Assembly (NCBI RefSeq): GCF_006345805.1
Contig: NC_043013.1
Coordinates: forward strand, 8,308,001 to 8,372,000
Length of the DNA: 64,000 nucleotides
Direction of reading: 5' to 3'
Source of the DNA: Octopus sinensis
Lineage: Eukaryota
Below, piece by piece: positions 1-12,460 of the stretch. The notes below the pieces were generated by a model. That model did no database searches, was not told where the DNA came from, and worked only from the letters and a program-made list of their open reading frames with translations. Both the position numbers and the translations under genes were made by a program. The first letter of the stretch is position 1; each line of letters begins with the position of its first letter.

Positions 1-552
1 AAGAAAATGGAGATGATAATCAATCAATGAACATCAGCCTGTAGACATTCATTTATATTTAGTTATTAATTGATTGCAATCATGTGTATAAGTAATTAAA
101 ATAAACAAATGGAAATAAGTAAATAAACAAGTAAATAAATAGATAAATGAAAATAAACAAATGAATAAAAAATAAATGAGTGAAAAAATATTTTCTTACA
201 GCTGTTTCTGTTATGGGGTTTTTTCCCCCATTTATTCTTAGTCATTTGCTTATTTTCATTTATCTATTTATTTAATTGTTTATTTACTTATTTCCATTTG
301 TTTATTTTGATTACTTATACATATGACTGCAATCAATTAATAAATAGAGTGGTTGGCGTTAGGAAGGGCATCCAGCCGTAGAAACACTGCCAGGTCTAAC
401 TGGGCATGACGAAGCCTTCCAGCTTCACAGACCCCAGTTGAACTGTCCAACCCATGCTAGCATGGAAAGCGGATGCTAAATGATGATGATGATGATATAA
501 ATGAATTTCTACAGGCTGATGTTTGTTGATTGATTATCCTCTCCATTTTCTT
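1..552. repeat. Old fold-back inverted repeat (left arm 1-~182 runs off window; right arm ~226-552) interrupted by a SINE at ~347-493
   Basis: Reverse complement of 1-60 matches ~495-552; the spacer holds TACAGCTGTTTC (197-208), the 3' half of the AGCT-family hammerhead. Confidence 0.8.
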
Positions 553-1364
553 ATTTGTCTTATAAATTCTGGGTAAATTTCTGTTTTACCCCCACTCATA
601 CCTAGTATTCACTTGTGATACTGCCCTGCAATAGTAAGCACTTGGATGTAAATAGTAGTATATTGGATATTTATTATCCCTTAGATGGTTGCATAACCTC
701 TAACTCATACATACATACATAGTGAGAATTTACAAAAAAAAACATGTTGGTGCCAAGCACCTGTAACCTCATATCCTTACTTATGGTATAGTAGCCAGGC
801 GGCGAGCTGGCGGAAATGTTAGCATGCTGGACGAAATGCTAAGCGGTATTTCGTCTGCCGCTCCGTTCTGAGTTCAAATTCCGCCGAGGTCGACTTTACC
901 TTTCATCCTTTCGGGGTCGATAAATTAAGTACCAGTTACACACTGGGGTCGATATAATCGATATAATTGTTTAAGGATGTTGAACGAACCACCCCTGTTT
1001 CCAAAGGTGAATTATCCAAACCTTCAAGAATTCCTTTCAACACATGGCTATGACGCTCCCCCACTACTTCTGCTCATGATCAGAGATGCACATATCGTCA
1101 GCCACTAAGGGACATGCTCAACTGGTTAAGGTCATACAACTGACAAGCAAATCTGTGGTATTGAGCAGAATATTTGCTGTAGCCCATCTTTTATACCAAG
1201 ACAAAACAATGTACATGATAACACTTCCAATCAGTTAAGATCAGAAGCCATGAGAGCTACTGCCTGGTACTGAATCAGGGCATTTATAATTATCATCATC
1301 ATCATCATCAACATCATCATCATTATTACTACTATTATTATTATCATCATCATTATCATCATTG

Positions 1365-1398
<34 letters not shown>

Positions 1399-1472
1399 TA
1401 TTATTATACCAAAGAAAACTGCTTTTATAAATAATATTTGTTTACATTTTCTTTTTTTTTTGTCTTTTCTAG

Positions 1473-1578
1473 CCAATCGACTATGAAGGATTTTTGATAT
1501 TTATGCAGACGTACTTAGACATGAAAGAGGCTCCTGAAGAACTATGCAAAGCTCTATTTCAGTCCTTTATGAAATCAG
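1473..1578 (+). CDS. DGKB: DGK exon: N-terminal domain PIDYEGFLIFMQTYLDMKEAPEELCKALFQSFMKS
   Basis: Polypyrimidine tract + AG at 1471-1472; GT at 1579-1580; resembles the type I DGK 'IDFEGFKLFMKTFLE...LFMSF' segment. Confidence 0.92.
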
Positions 1579-2640
1579 GTAAAAGTAGCTTACGAGATGA
1601 ACTTTGCTTTGAGTATTCACCCATGTGTCTACATGTCTTGATTGATAGCAATTTAAATATTTATTTCCCTTTAGAAATATAAAGCATTTTGACTAATTTG
1701 AGGTTCAGACCTCTTCGGTGATCTTTCTAGAGATTGTATTTCTAAATGTACTTCTAAATGTACTTTATGAGAACAGTTGATTATTGGTTTTGATATTGGT
1801 TTCTTTTATTGGCATGAAGTGTCCTTAGAGAAAGTTGAATCAAAGATTTAAATGTACTTGGATAACTAGAGATTGAAGGCTATGGACAGTTCTGGGAGGA
1901 TCGGTGGAATTAGTGGATAATTTCTGTTAATTAGTAGAATGATTAGTGTTGAAGATGGATATAATGATAGCATGATGGCTATTGTAGATTAAGACTAATG
2001 GGAGGTGAAGTTAAGTTTAAAGCTTTGCTATATCTATTGAATGACAAAGGATTTCCTTCTCAATGCTATGAGTAAATTATATAAATAAATTATAGGAGTT
2101 TTATGTGAGAAAGATATTACTATGTGTTAGTATTACAGAAAGGCAGTACTGTATGATATTGAATGTAGAGGATTAAAGTGGCAAAATGACTGGATTGTGA
2201 ATGTAATTTACCCCCCAAAAGGAATTAGGCAAACAGCTGACATCAAAAGCATTTGTTAAATATAACTAAGATACATAAGGAACATACTGAGTGAACCCTA
2301 CAGGTCTATGAAAAATTTCTGGATTTCTGTGACATTTATATTAAAATTTTATTATAGTAAGAACAATGATGTTCACCGTTTTTGAAATAATAAGCTATTA
2401 ATAAAGGGTGATTCTTTTTTTATTTTATATATCTGTAAATTTTCTCTGAGTGAAATTAAAAATGTCATTGAAGGTAATAGTTTCTGAGACCAGCTATCTA
2501 GTTGACTACAATAAACTAGACTTCTGGCACTCAAGCTTATTTTGTCATAGAACCATTATGTGGTTTTCCAAAAAATCACAGAATCCATATCTATATTTTA
2601 AGGGCAACTCCTACCATCCCAAATTTAATGAAATAAAAAC

Positions 2641-2851
2641 CCTATAGATTTATGAGTAGGTTTAGGTAACCACATAGATTTTGTAGAAGGCTTAGGTGAC
2701 CCTATAAATTTATTAGTATGTTTAGGTAACCACATAGATTTAGTAGAAGGCTTAGGTGACCCTATAGATTTATGAGTAGGTTTAGGTAACCACATAGATT
2801 TTGTAGAGGGCTTAGGTGACCATATAAATTTATGAGTAGGTTTAGGTAACC
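2641..2851. repeat. 60-bp tandem repeat (x3.5) built from two 30-bp subunits
   Basis: CCTATAGATTTATGAGTAGGTTTAGGTAAC / CACATAGATTTTGTAGAAGGCTTAGGTGAC. Confidence 0.9.
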
Positions 2852-3355
2852 ATGTACAGCAGTCATGGGCAAACTATGGCCCAAGGAACTTTCTACTTTT
2901 AGTAGAGTGGCTCTGCCTTATAATAAGCCATGTCACATGCAGCTGGCTTTCACATTAGCTTGCAAGATAGTTAGTTTAACAGAAATTTATATAGAACAGT
3001 AGAGTAGCTATGATAAATAGACTGCAAGTTCTGAAAAAAGATGGCAGCTCTTTTTCCTCACCAACAGTGGACCATCGTGTTTCTGAATCAAACAGCGACT
3101 GAGTTTGACTCAAGCCATGAATACAGCAAAAGCTCAACAGCACGCCACTGTTCAAGAACTGTTGGGGCTTTTCTGACTAGGGTGAGTTGTATTTTCAGAC
3201 CAGGAAAAGTTCTCTGCTATTTGCACTGGATGAAAGTACTATCCTGAGAGACATATCTGGTGGCTAGCATTTGTTAAGAGAATATTCCCCCAAACGAGTA
3301 AGTAAATACCAAAGCGAGTAGCTTTATTAAAAGCCGAAACCAATTTATCTTATAG

Positions 3356-3508
3356 GAGTAAGACTAGTTAAAAGGATTCGCCAATCTAATTCAACCCTGC
3401 TTAAAACAGGTGCTGATGTTCAAGGTGTCCAAGGTTCAATTCTTATCAAAGACGCGGTGTGCTACCTGTCACTTGTGGAAGGAGGAAGTCCCGGAGAAAA
3501 GCTGGAAT
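3356..3508 (+). CDS. DGKB: DGK exon: (G)VRLVKRIRQSNSTLLKTGADVQGVQGSILIKDAVCYLSLVEGGSPGEKLE
   Basis: AG at 3354-3355 after TTTATCTTAT; donor GTAAGT at 3509; KDAVCYLSLVEGG..EKLE matches the KDIVCYLSLLE.G.PEDKLE motif. An in-frame alternative acceptor would start at 3410. Confidence 0.88.
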
Positions 3509-3844
3509 GTAAGTATGGGTTTCTGTGTTCAGGAATGGTTTCTTTTTTTAACACTTTTCAGATTGTATTTTGTTTCAGTTTGGGAAGCTTTCTTTTTGCT
3601 TGGGATTGGAGGGGGGGGGGTAGGTAGGTTATGCAAATTATTTTAGGGCTTGCTTCCTCCACCTCCCCTCCATACACACATAGACAAAGAATTTTATATT
3701 CTCTGAACCTCTAAACTTTGTCTCCCCAAAATTCCTTCTTTCATCAGATATGACTGAACAGATTTCTTTGTGTCTTTTTCCTTTGTTTTGGCTGGAAAGA
3801 GTTAGAATAGTATATCTTACTAAGAAAGTAGATATTAGTTCATT

Positions 3845-3886
<42 letters not shown>

Positions 3887-4001
3887 TGATATTTCATTAT
3901 TTATACAGCCACATGTACATGCATAAACACAACTTGTGTGTGTATGTGTGCGTTATATAAAAAGATATATATACAATTATATATATATTATATATATAAT
4001 A

Positions 4002-4405
4002 GGCGCAAGAGTGGCTGTGTGGTAAGTAGCTTGCTAACCAACCACATGGTTCCGGGTTCAGTCCCACTGCGTGGCACCTTGGGCAAGTGTCTTCTGCTCT
4101 GGCCCCGGGCCGACCAATGCCTTGTGAGTGGATCTGGTAGACGGAAACTGAAAGAAGCCTGTCGTATATATGTATATATATATAAGTGTGTGTGTGTATA
4201 TGTTTGTGTGTCTGTGTTTGTCCCCCTAGCATTGCTTGACAACCGATGCTGGTGTGCTTATGTCCCCGTTACTTAGCAGTTCGGCAAAAGAGACCGATAG
4301 AATAAGTACTGGGCTTACAAAAGAATAAGTCCCGGGGTCGATTTGCTCGACTAAAGGCGGTGCTCCAGCATGGCCACAGTCAAATGACTGAAACAAGTAA
4401 AAGAG
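4002..4405 (+). mobile_element. tRNA-derived CORE-like SINE (family A, OR2-like), representative full copy
   Basis: A/B-box-like head GGAGTGGCTGTGTGGTAAG..GGTTCAGTCCC, ACCTTGGGCAAGT CORE-like motif, internal (TA)(TG) tract, (GTAAAAGA)n tail. Further + copies: ~6405-6950, 8803-8965, 26575-26985, 33858-34250, 47733-48135, 52603-53025, 56762-57130, 57357-57752, 59965-60335, 62240-63185. Confidence 0.88.
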
Positions 4406-4852
4406 AAAGTGAATATATACATCTACATATATCATATACATTTATGTGTGTGTGTATGCATTCATAAGATACACCAAGTTCAATATTAAACATTAGAACT
4501 TCATGACAGCACATCTTACATGGGTCACACATGCACCACACTTTTCAGTTTGCTAACTATGCAGCTGAATCAAGATTGTTTTCTGGTACATCATTTTACA
4601 GAACTCAATATAACTATCAATAAGAAAACTCTTACAATACACACTACCATCAAATATAATGCCTTAGGCAATGCATGGTACTTATCCATGATATTTTATC
4701 TCAACAAATATCTTATCACCATACTTTATCCACAACATATAGTAGTGTAACATACAGAGGACAAGCCAATAAAACAGCCACTACATGGTCACTTCACTTG
4801 CTAGAAGCAGCAGCCAAATCACATTACTTTGTTCATAAATTATAATAATACA

Positions 4853-5184
4853 GAAGGTGCATGGCTCAGTAGTGAGAGCATTGGGCTCACAATCATGAGG
4901 TAGTAAGTTCGATTCTCGAACTTGGGTTGTGTTCTTGAGTAAGACACTTTATTTCATGTTGCTCTGGTTCACTCAGCTGTAGAAATGAATTCTGACATCA
5001 CTGTTGCTAAGCTGTATCAACCTTTGCCTTCTCCTTGTATAGCAACGGTGACTTGGAGAGCGGAAGCCGATATGCGTGGGTGACTGCTGGTCTAATATAA
5101 ACAACCTTGCCCAGATTTGTGCTCTGGAGGGGAACTTTCTGGCTGCAATCCAATGATCGTTCATGACCAAAAGGGGTCTCTACT
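4853..5184 (+). mobile_element. tRNA-derived SINE family D with 13-bp TSD
   Basis: TSD TTATAATAATACA at 4840-4852 and 5185-5197; TTGAGTAAGACACTT..CACTCAGCTGTAGAAATG central motif (Deu/Nin-like by recollection). Related: ~9275-9595(-), 29450-29965(-), 34262-34530(+), 37228-37540(+), 53130-53380(+), 59140-59450(-). Confidence 0.8.
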
Positions 5185-5534
5185 TTATAATAATACAATA
5201 TACAAAGAACAAACCAATAAAAAAAGTTGCTACATGGTCACTGACTTGCTAGAAACAAGAGTCAAATCACACATTACTTTGTTCGTAACATGCAACGAAA
5301 AATCAATAGAAAAGTCACTACATGGTTACTTAACTTGCTAGAAACAGTAGCTAAATTGCACCACATCTAAAAAAAAGAAGAAGAAAAAAGACATTTTGGG
5401 TATATAACTTATGTACACTATATCGAAGAGAAACATACAAACAAAAAATGGATTCTTAGACTTGAAATCTCTTTAATCTTCTGTTTGCTTCAAGGCAGTC
5501 TTTTTATATTAATACATAAATACATACATACATA

Positions 5535-5536
<2 letters not shown>

Positions 5537-5576
<40 letters not shown>

Positions 5577-5992
5577 ATCATCATCATCATCATCATCATC
5601 ATCGTTTAGCGTCCGCTTTCCATGCTAGCATGGGTTGGACGGTTCAACTGGGGTCTGTGAAGCCAGAAGGCTGCATCAGGCCCAGTCTGATCTGGCAATG
5701 TTTCTACGGCTGGATGCCCTTCCTAACGCCAACCACTCCGTGAGTGTAGTGGGTGCTTTTTACGTGCCACCCGCACAGGTGCCAGACGGAGCTGGCAAAT
5801 AGCCACGGACGGATGGTGCTTTTTACGTGCCACCGGCACGGGGGCCAGGTGAGGCTGGCAACGGCCACGATCGGATGGTGCTTTTTACGTACCACCGGCA
5901 CGGGGGCCAGTCGAGGCTGGCGATGGCCACGAACGGATGGTGCTTTTACGTGCCACCGGCACGGGGGCCAGGCGAGGCTGGCAACGGCCACG

Positions 5993-5995
<3 letters not shown>
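5537..5995 (-). mobile_element. SINE family B with (ATG)n tail and internal ~60-bp tandem units
   Basis: (CAT)n-CGTTTAGCGTCCGCTTTCCATGCTAGCATGGG.. on + strand. Other copies: ~347-493, 18770-19000, 19635-19870, 20760-21050, 24600-25837, 27358-27625, 36085-36300, 36480-36700, 38530-38780, 45340-45690, 50090-50365, 53575-53930. Confidence 0.85.
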
Positions 5996-6035
<40 letters not shown>

Positions 6036-7261
6036 ATTTCTATTATATATATATATTTATAATATTTTTGTGTGTGTTATATTTCCAAATGTTTTATGTT
6101 CCAGGCTTTAGAATATAAATTATCGTTAAGTTCACAGCAGTATTGTTCTTTCTAGTTTCTCATGGCTTTTTCTTTTTTTTTTTTCTTTTTATACCATGTG
6201 AAAGATGTATGTTGGAATGACAAGATTGAAACTAGCTTTTGAAAGTAGTAAGAGAGAAGCACACATGATTCCGTTGCCATATTCCTTGCGTCTTTTGGTC
6301 ATTTCTGTTCTTGTTTTGTATCTTACAGTCTCTTACAGTCTCTTAACGGTCTCATGAATGTAAATGCCCACAACCTGTAAACTCTGTTGTTTACAAAAAT
6401 AAGCAGGTGTAGCCACACCTGCTTAATAAGCTTGCTTCCCAACTACATACTTCTGGGTTCAGTACTACTGCGTGGCACCTTGGGTAAGTGTCTCCTACAG
6501 TAGCCTCGGGTCAACCAAAGCCTTGTGAGTGGATTTGGTAGATAGAAACTGTAGCTTGCTTACTAACCACATGGTTCCGGGTTCAGTCCCACTGCGTGGC
6601 ACCTTGGGCAAGTGTCTTCTACTATAGCCTCGGGCCGTCCAAAGCCTTGTGAGTGGATTTGGTAGACGGAAACTAAAAGAAGCCCGTCGTATATATGTAT
6701 ATATATATATGTGTGTGTGTGTATGTGTGCGTGTATGTTTGTGTGTCTGTGTTTGTCCCCCTAGCATTGCTTGACAACCGATGCTGGTGTGTTTATGTCC
6801 CCGTCACTTAGCAGTTCGGCAAAAGATACCGATAGAATAAGTACTGGGCTTACAAAGAATAAGTCCCGGGGTCGAGTTACTCGACTAAAGGCGGTGCTCC
6901 AGCATGGCCGCAGTCAACTGACTGAAACAAGTAAAAGAGTAAAAGAGAGAGTATATGTTTATGTTTGCCCCACCACCACAGCTTGACAAGTGGTGTCATG
7001 TGGAAAGCAGACGTTAAATGATGATATTGTTTATATATATGTGTGTGTATGTATGTATGTTTGTGTGTGTGTGTGTTTGTGTGTGTGTATATATATATAC
7101 AAATGTACGTGTATTTTTCAATGATTACAAATAGCATGGAAAAAGTAAATAAATAGTTACCAGGCTAGCAAAAATTCACACAAGTACCAAGGATGTAACA
7201 GCCTACTTATAAAGGCACAGATTCCATGTTTTGGTGAAATGATTTTGAATAACATAGATAA

Positions 7262-7542
7262 ATAAATAAATGGGGTTAAATGTGGGTGTTATTCAAATCT
7301 TTATACTTCAGACATATGTTTCGAAAAACACATTGGTATTATTTCAGAAGGAATAAAATGATGAAAAACAATGCATGCATTCTGTTAAAATGTCTTATTG
7401 ATGTGTTTCATTTCTCTCTCTTTCCCTGATGAGAAAGTTGCATTGTTTTTCATCATTTTATTCCTTCTGGAATAATACCAATGTTTTCTTTGAAACATAT
7501 GTCAGAAGTACAAAGATTTGAAAAACACCTGCATTTAATTCG

Positions 7543-7550
<8 letters not shown>
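7262..7550. repeat. Fold-back inverted repeat (arms ~7262-7375 and ~7439-7550) ending in (TA)n
   Basis: GACATATGTTTCG...AATGCA versus TGCATT...GAAACATATGTC; scattered mismatches. Confidence 0.85.
7421..7508 (+). ncRNA. Type I hammerhead motif, slightly decayed; predicted cleavage after C7503
   Basis: TTTCC CTGATGA [GAAA..CATTG..TTATTCC TTCT GGAATAA..CAATG..TTTC] TTT GAAAC ATAT GTC AGAAG. Palindromic helix III ACATATGT; one mismatch at the base of stem I. Confidence 0.62.
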
Positions 7551-7616
<66 letters not shown>

Positions 7617-7691
7617 ATAGTAATGCAATACGAGAGTATTGCTTTCCAGTAAAGGATAGTCCGTGAGGGTAAAATTATACATATAAAAGTA

Positions 7692-7876
7692 AATAAATGG
7701 TACAACGAAGCACCGATATTTACTGGAAAATAGCGAACGTAATAAATACGACGCTAATGTATAGCTTCACTGCGTATGTACTAGTAAAGATGCGTGTGTG
7801 CAACAAACATGAAAAAAATTTGTCTTACCTCTAGGAAGAACATCTGAAATATCGGTGCTTCGTTGTACCATTTATT
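7692..7876. repeat. Perfect 30-bp inverted repeat (7692-7721 / 7847-7876) in a module bounded by (TA)n
   Basis: AATAAATGGTACAACGAAGCACCGATATTT and its exact reverse complement. Confidence 0.85.
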
Positions 7877-7878
7877 AC

Positions 7879-7922
<44 letters not shown>

Positions 7923-7966
7923 TATTATATATAGATATATACATACATATATACATATATACATAC

Positions 7967-8006
<40 letters not shown>

Positions 8007-8015
8007 TTACATATA

Positions 8016-8057
<42 letters not shown>

Positions 8058-10214
8058 GCACACACATATTTATATATATAATACACACATAGCAGGCTTC
8101 TTTCAGTTTCTATCTAACAAATATGTGTAGCCTGGTTCTATGGGCTATAGTAGGAGACACTTTTCCCAAGGTGCTCGGCAGTGGGATTGAACACAAAACC
8201 ATATAAGTTGGGTTGCAAACTTCTTAACCAAACATCCGTGCCTGTCCCTACCACCCCAATACATAAAAAAAGCATGGCAGAAAAATCTCAGCTAAGGAAA
8301 CACAAATATTTTCTATAGAATACCTTCAAAAGCACAAAGCTTTCTATAGAATCGATATAAATGGCTAAATATACACAGCAACTTTAACATACAATTAAAA
8401 CAAAGCTTAATACCATGGCATGAAACGGATATTTATTTTCCCTTTATTTCTGTCTGTTTATAAGAAATAATATTTAATACATCTGCAGACACACATTTTT
8501 CTATATTTCTGTTTCTTCATATAAATATACCATCATGATTATGGCCATCATGATCATAGGTCTATTCTTTTTTTTTTTATATTGCTGGCATTGGTTGGAT
8601 GGTTTAACAAGCTGTGATGCCTCAGAAGACCAGGTCTTGCTCCAGTGCCTCAGTTTTGCCATAATTTGTTTAGTTGGATACCCTTCTTAACTCCAACACC
8701 AACCATATATATGTAACATGCGTATGTTTTGTTTATACTGAAAGAGACAATCGGCAAGAGAAAAATAGAAAGTGGACTGTAATACATACACACATACATC
8801 ACAGGAGTGGCTGAGTGGTAAGTAGCTTGCTTACCAATCACATGGTTCCAGGTTCAGTCTCACTGCATGGCACCTTGGGCAAGTGTCTTCTACTATAGCC
8901 TCGGGCCGACCAAAGCCTTGTGAGTGGATTTGGTAGGCAGAAACTGAAAGAAGCCCATCGTATTTATATATATACCAGTCCAGTACTGAATTCAATTCTT
9001 TTCTCTTTCTTTCTGTTATTCTCGCCTTCTCATTTTCTCTCTAGAAATAAACTACCTGTGTTTAGACCTGAAATAGGATAGGCACCACCAAGCTTAAAGT
9101 GCCCAAGACATATTTTATATCATAATGGCACTGCTTTGATTCCATTAAGAGCTAAGGACCCAAAAAAGGAAGTACTGGGTAGTACTTGTTTTCACCTTGC
9201 TCAGCTGTTTAGTTATTTAAGCAACTACTTCATATTGAGCTTGCTATTACAATTTATAAAAGCTGAAAAAAGTAAAGTCCCCCTTCGGTCATGAATGACC
9301 ATGGGATTGCACCTGAGACACAAGCCTGGGCAAGGTTGTTTATGGAAGACCAGCAGCCGTCCATGCATACTAGCCTCCACTCTCTAACCCACTGATGTTA
9401 TCCAAGAGAAAGGCAACGGCTGATACAACTTGGCACCAGTGACGTTGCAACACATTTCTACAGATGAGTGAACAGGAGAAATGCGAAATAAAGTGTCTTG
9501 CTCATGGACATAATACACATCTCAGCCCAGGAATCAAATTCACTACCTCATGATTGTGATCCTGACGCTCTCACCACTGAGTCATGTGGCTTCACCATTT
9601 ATAAATCATCATAATTATTTGTTATATAAGTTCATAAATGATAATAACATAACTCACAGATAACATTATGTATATAATTCCTGCATATCTTGTGATTTGG
9701 AGACTTTGCAAGATAATCATATTGATTTTTGACTGTTATGATTAAGTTTCTACATTTACAAAATGAAGTCTCCCGGGGCAAGGCAGTAATGATAAAATTA
9801 AGTGTTTTATAGCCTCGTGAACTTTACATTCTCCAATGTCTTGAACATCTAGTCTTTAGGGATTGGATGTTTGTTTTGAGAAACCTTTTACTCAATAATG
9901 CCAGCTTTTGCTAGTCGAGGTCTTGGAAAGTTGGCTTCTTGGCCAAATAATTCAGTTTGTATCATGTAGTTAGTATTACGCGGTATCGAATGACTAACAC
10001 ACAAAATTCTCATATTCCTCAGTTTAACCTCAACATACTCCATGAAGGGAACTCAAAGCTCCTCTTCATAAGTAGCTTGTAATTGTAGTGATGGAAAAAA
10101 TCCAATGTTGTGATGTCCATATCTTTCCTAAAGTCATCAAGGGAGTAAGTAAAATGGCTTCATGCCAGAGTTTAAACTTGTGTCACAGTTTCAGTTTACT
10201 GAGTATAAACGATA

Positions 10215-10610
10215 CTCTTTTACTTGTTTCAGTCATTTGACTGTGGCCATGCTGGAGCACCGCCTTTAGTCGGGCAAATCGACCCCAGGACTTATTCTTT
10301 GTAAGCCTAGTACTTATCCTATCGGTCTCTTTTGCTGAACCACTAAGTTGCGGGGACATAAACACACCAGCATCGGTTGTCAAGCGACGTTGGGGGGGGG
10401 GACAAACACACACACACACACATATATATACATACATATACATATATACGACGGGCTTCTTTCAGTTTCCATCTACCAAATCCACTCACAAGGCTTTGGT
10501 CAGCCCGAGGCTATAGTAAAAGACACTTACCCAAGGTACCACGCAGTAGGACTGATCCTGGAACCATGTAGTTGGTAAGCAAGCTACTTACGACACAGCC
10601 ACTCCTCCGC
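10215..10610 (-). mobile_element. Family A SINE, minus-strand full copy
   Basis: Reverse complement of family A. Other minus copies: ~11600-11965, 21395-21622, 39905-40335, 44580-44930, 50385-50778. Confidence 0.88.
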
Positions 10611-11020
10611 TTATAGTTTAACTTTTTGATACCAAACTACCTGAGATTGACCCTGGGTTATATGATACAAACTTCCAGTTTTAAAGTGATCTAAGCTAAA
10701 AGTTTCTGCTTCATGTTAGTTAATGTTCTAAACAGCTAAATAACAACATTTTGTTATGTCTTGGGTGGGTCATTATGTCAATAATAATATCAACACACAC
10801 ACAGGTGATGTGCAGCAATGTCTTACATTTTAGTTTTCCTGCTCAGTGTTCCTTACAGCTCTACCTTACAGCTGAATTAAAGGATTTAAAATTCAACATG
10901 GAGGTGATGCATTTTTTTTAATAAAGTGGAGCTGTTGAGTGGGTATTTTGATTTTTAGACAGCATTTTGATAACTTGGCTAGATATCATTTTAATTCGTT
11001 TTTGTATTTAACTTGTAAGA

Positions 11021-11190
11021 TTCTTGATGAGAATTTGTCTGTAAAACGAATTTTATTGTGTCTTGGGAGAGTTAAAGATTCTTGATGTGAATTCATGTGT
11101 TGCAACAGATTTTGTTGTGTCTTGAGAGAATCGAAGATTCTTGATGTGAATTTGTATTGAAACAAATTCTGTTGTGTCTTGGGAGAGTCA
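11021..11190. repeat. Three diverged 58-59-bp tandem repeats
   Basis: TTCTTGATG.GAATT...TTGTGTCTTG.GAGA units at 11021, 11079, 11138. Confidence 0.8.
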
Positions 11191-12064
11191 TCACACCAAT
11201 TATTATTGGTATAATGGATCTCCCAAGATATCAAAATTTATTTCAACACATGAAAACACACCAAGAATACTGCAAGTCAAAAAGTGAAATAACAACATGG
11301 TTTTACCAAATTCTTCATTATTTTCTACCTTAACTTCAACAAAAAAAAAACAAAAATAGTGCATTTCGATATGTTACTGAAAGGATAATGGGCTTGTGGC
11401 GGTGAATTGAACTAATCCACAAGCCAATCCTGAAGAGATTTGGACCCTACTAAGAGGATTTTCTTTACCTCTACATGAAGATGATCTTCAAAAGAAGCAT
11501 TGAGGGTATGGTTTCTCATAGAATTTCTCTTGAAATTAGATATATTTGTCAGGCATAACTGTGTAGTTGAGAAACTGGTATTGTATTTATCTTTTACCTT
11601 TTACTTGTTTCAGTCATTAGACTGTGGCCATGCTGGGGAACTGCCTTCAAGAAGTTTTGATCAGTCGAATTGGCCCAGTACTTTTTTTGTTTAAGCTGGG
11701 TACATATTTTATCAATCTCTTTTGCCAAACTACTAAGTTATGGGGATGTAAGCAAACCAACACTGGTTGTCAAGAAGTGGTGAGGGACAAATACAAAGAC
11801 ACACACAAAGTGTTGAGCTTCCTTTAGTTTCCATCTACCAAATCCACTCACAAGGCTTTAGTCAACCTGAAGATATAGTGGAAGACACTTACCCAAGGTG
11901 CCATGCAGTGGGACTGAACCTGGGACCATGTATTTGGGAAGCAAACTTCTTACCACACAACCATGCTTGTACTTTGTATTGTGGACCCAGACAATTTATT
12001 TTGTTACTGGTTTCAACCACTACGCTGTAGCTATACTATATTTTCTGCTTTCCAAACAGCATCT

Positions 12065-12460
12065 GTGTCTGCTATTTGCGTCATGTTAGGTTACAGAAGC
12101 TATCAACTATTTCTAGTGAATTGTCCAGGCATTTAAAAGAATCTATTTCTGGTGTTCTTTTAATACTTATTGCTCCACTGCATTTGCTACACACAAAGCT
12201 TAGCTTCTCTATCAGTCTACCTGTGATCCTACTACATCTCTTGTGTGTCCATAGATTCCACTGTATACAACATATGGAATTTATACCGAGTCCTTTTCTG
12301 CGTATCATACTGGTTGTTTCCTTGGTGATACTAGGGCCTGCCTTTTCTAAGTTTACTGTGATCCCAAGTTTTGCTTGGAATTTCTTTTCTAGTTTCACTA
12401 TAGATTCATCTAGATTATCAGCATATGGTACTTACCATGGACAGGCAGCCTTAAAATCCT
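12065..12460 (-). mobile_element. RTE-type LINE ORF fragment
   Basis: RKGLGINSICCIQWNLWTHKRCSRITGRL...FVCSKCSG...LEIVDSFC, a Cys-rich segment plus LE.VD.F.YL-like motif. Confidence 0.7.

Noticed and set aside
1231-1476. Poly-Met ORF on minus strand
   Set aside because: (CAT)n microsatellite read in reverse
2450-2647. ORF with AG/GT-like signals near 2449-2473
   Set aside because: Phase incompatible with flanking exons and no DGK similarity
4376-4405. Family A SINE 3' end CAGTCAAATGACTGAAACAAGTA looks like stem II + GAAAC..GTA
   Set aside because: No CUGANGA upstream and no stem I in any copy; better explained as the SINE's LINE-recognition stem-loop
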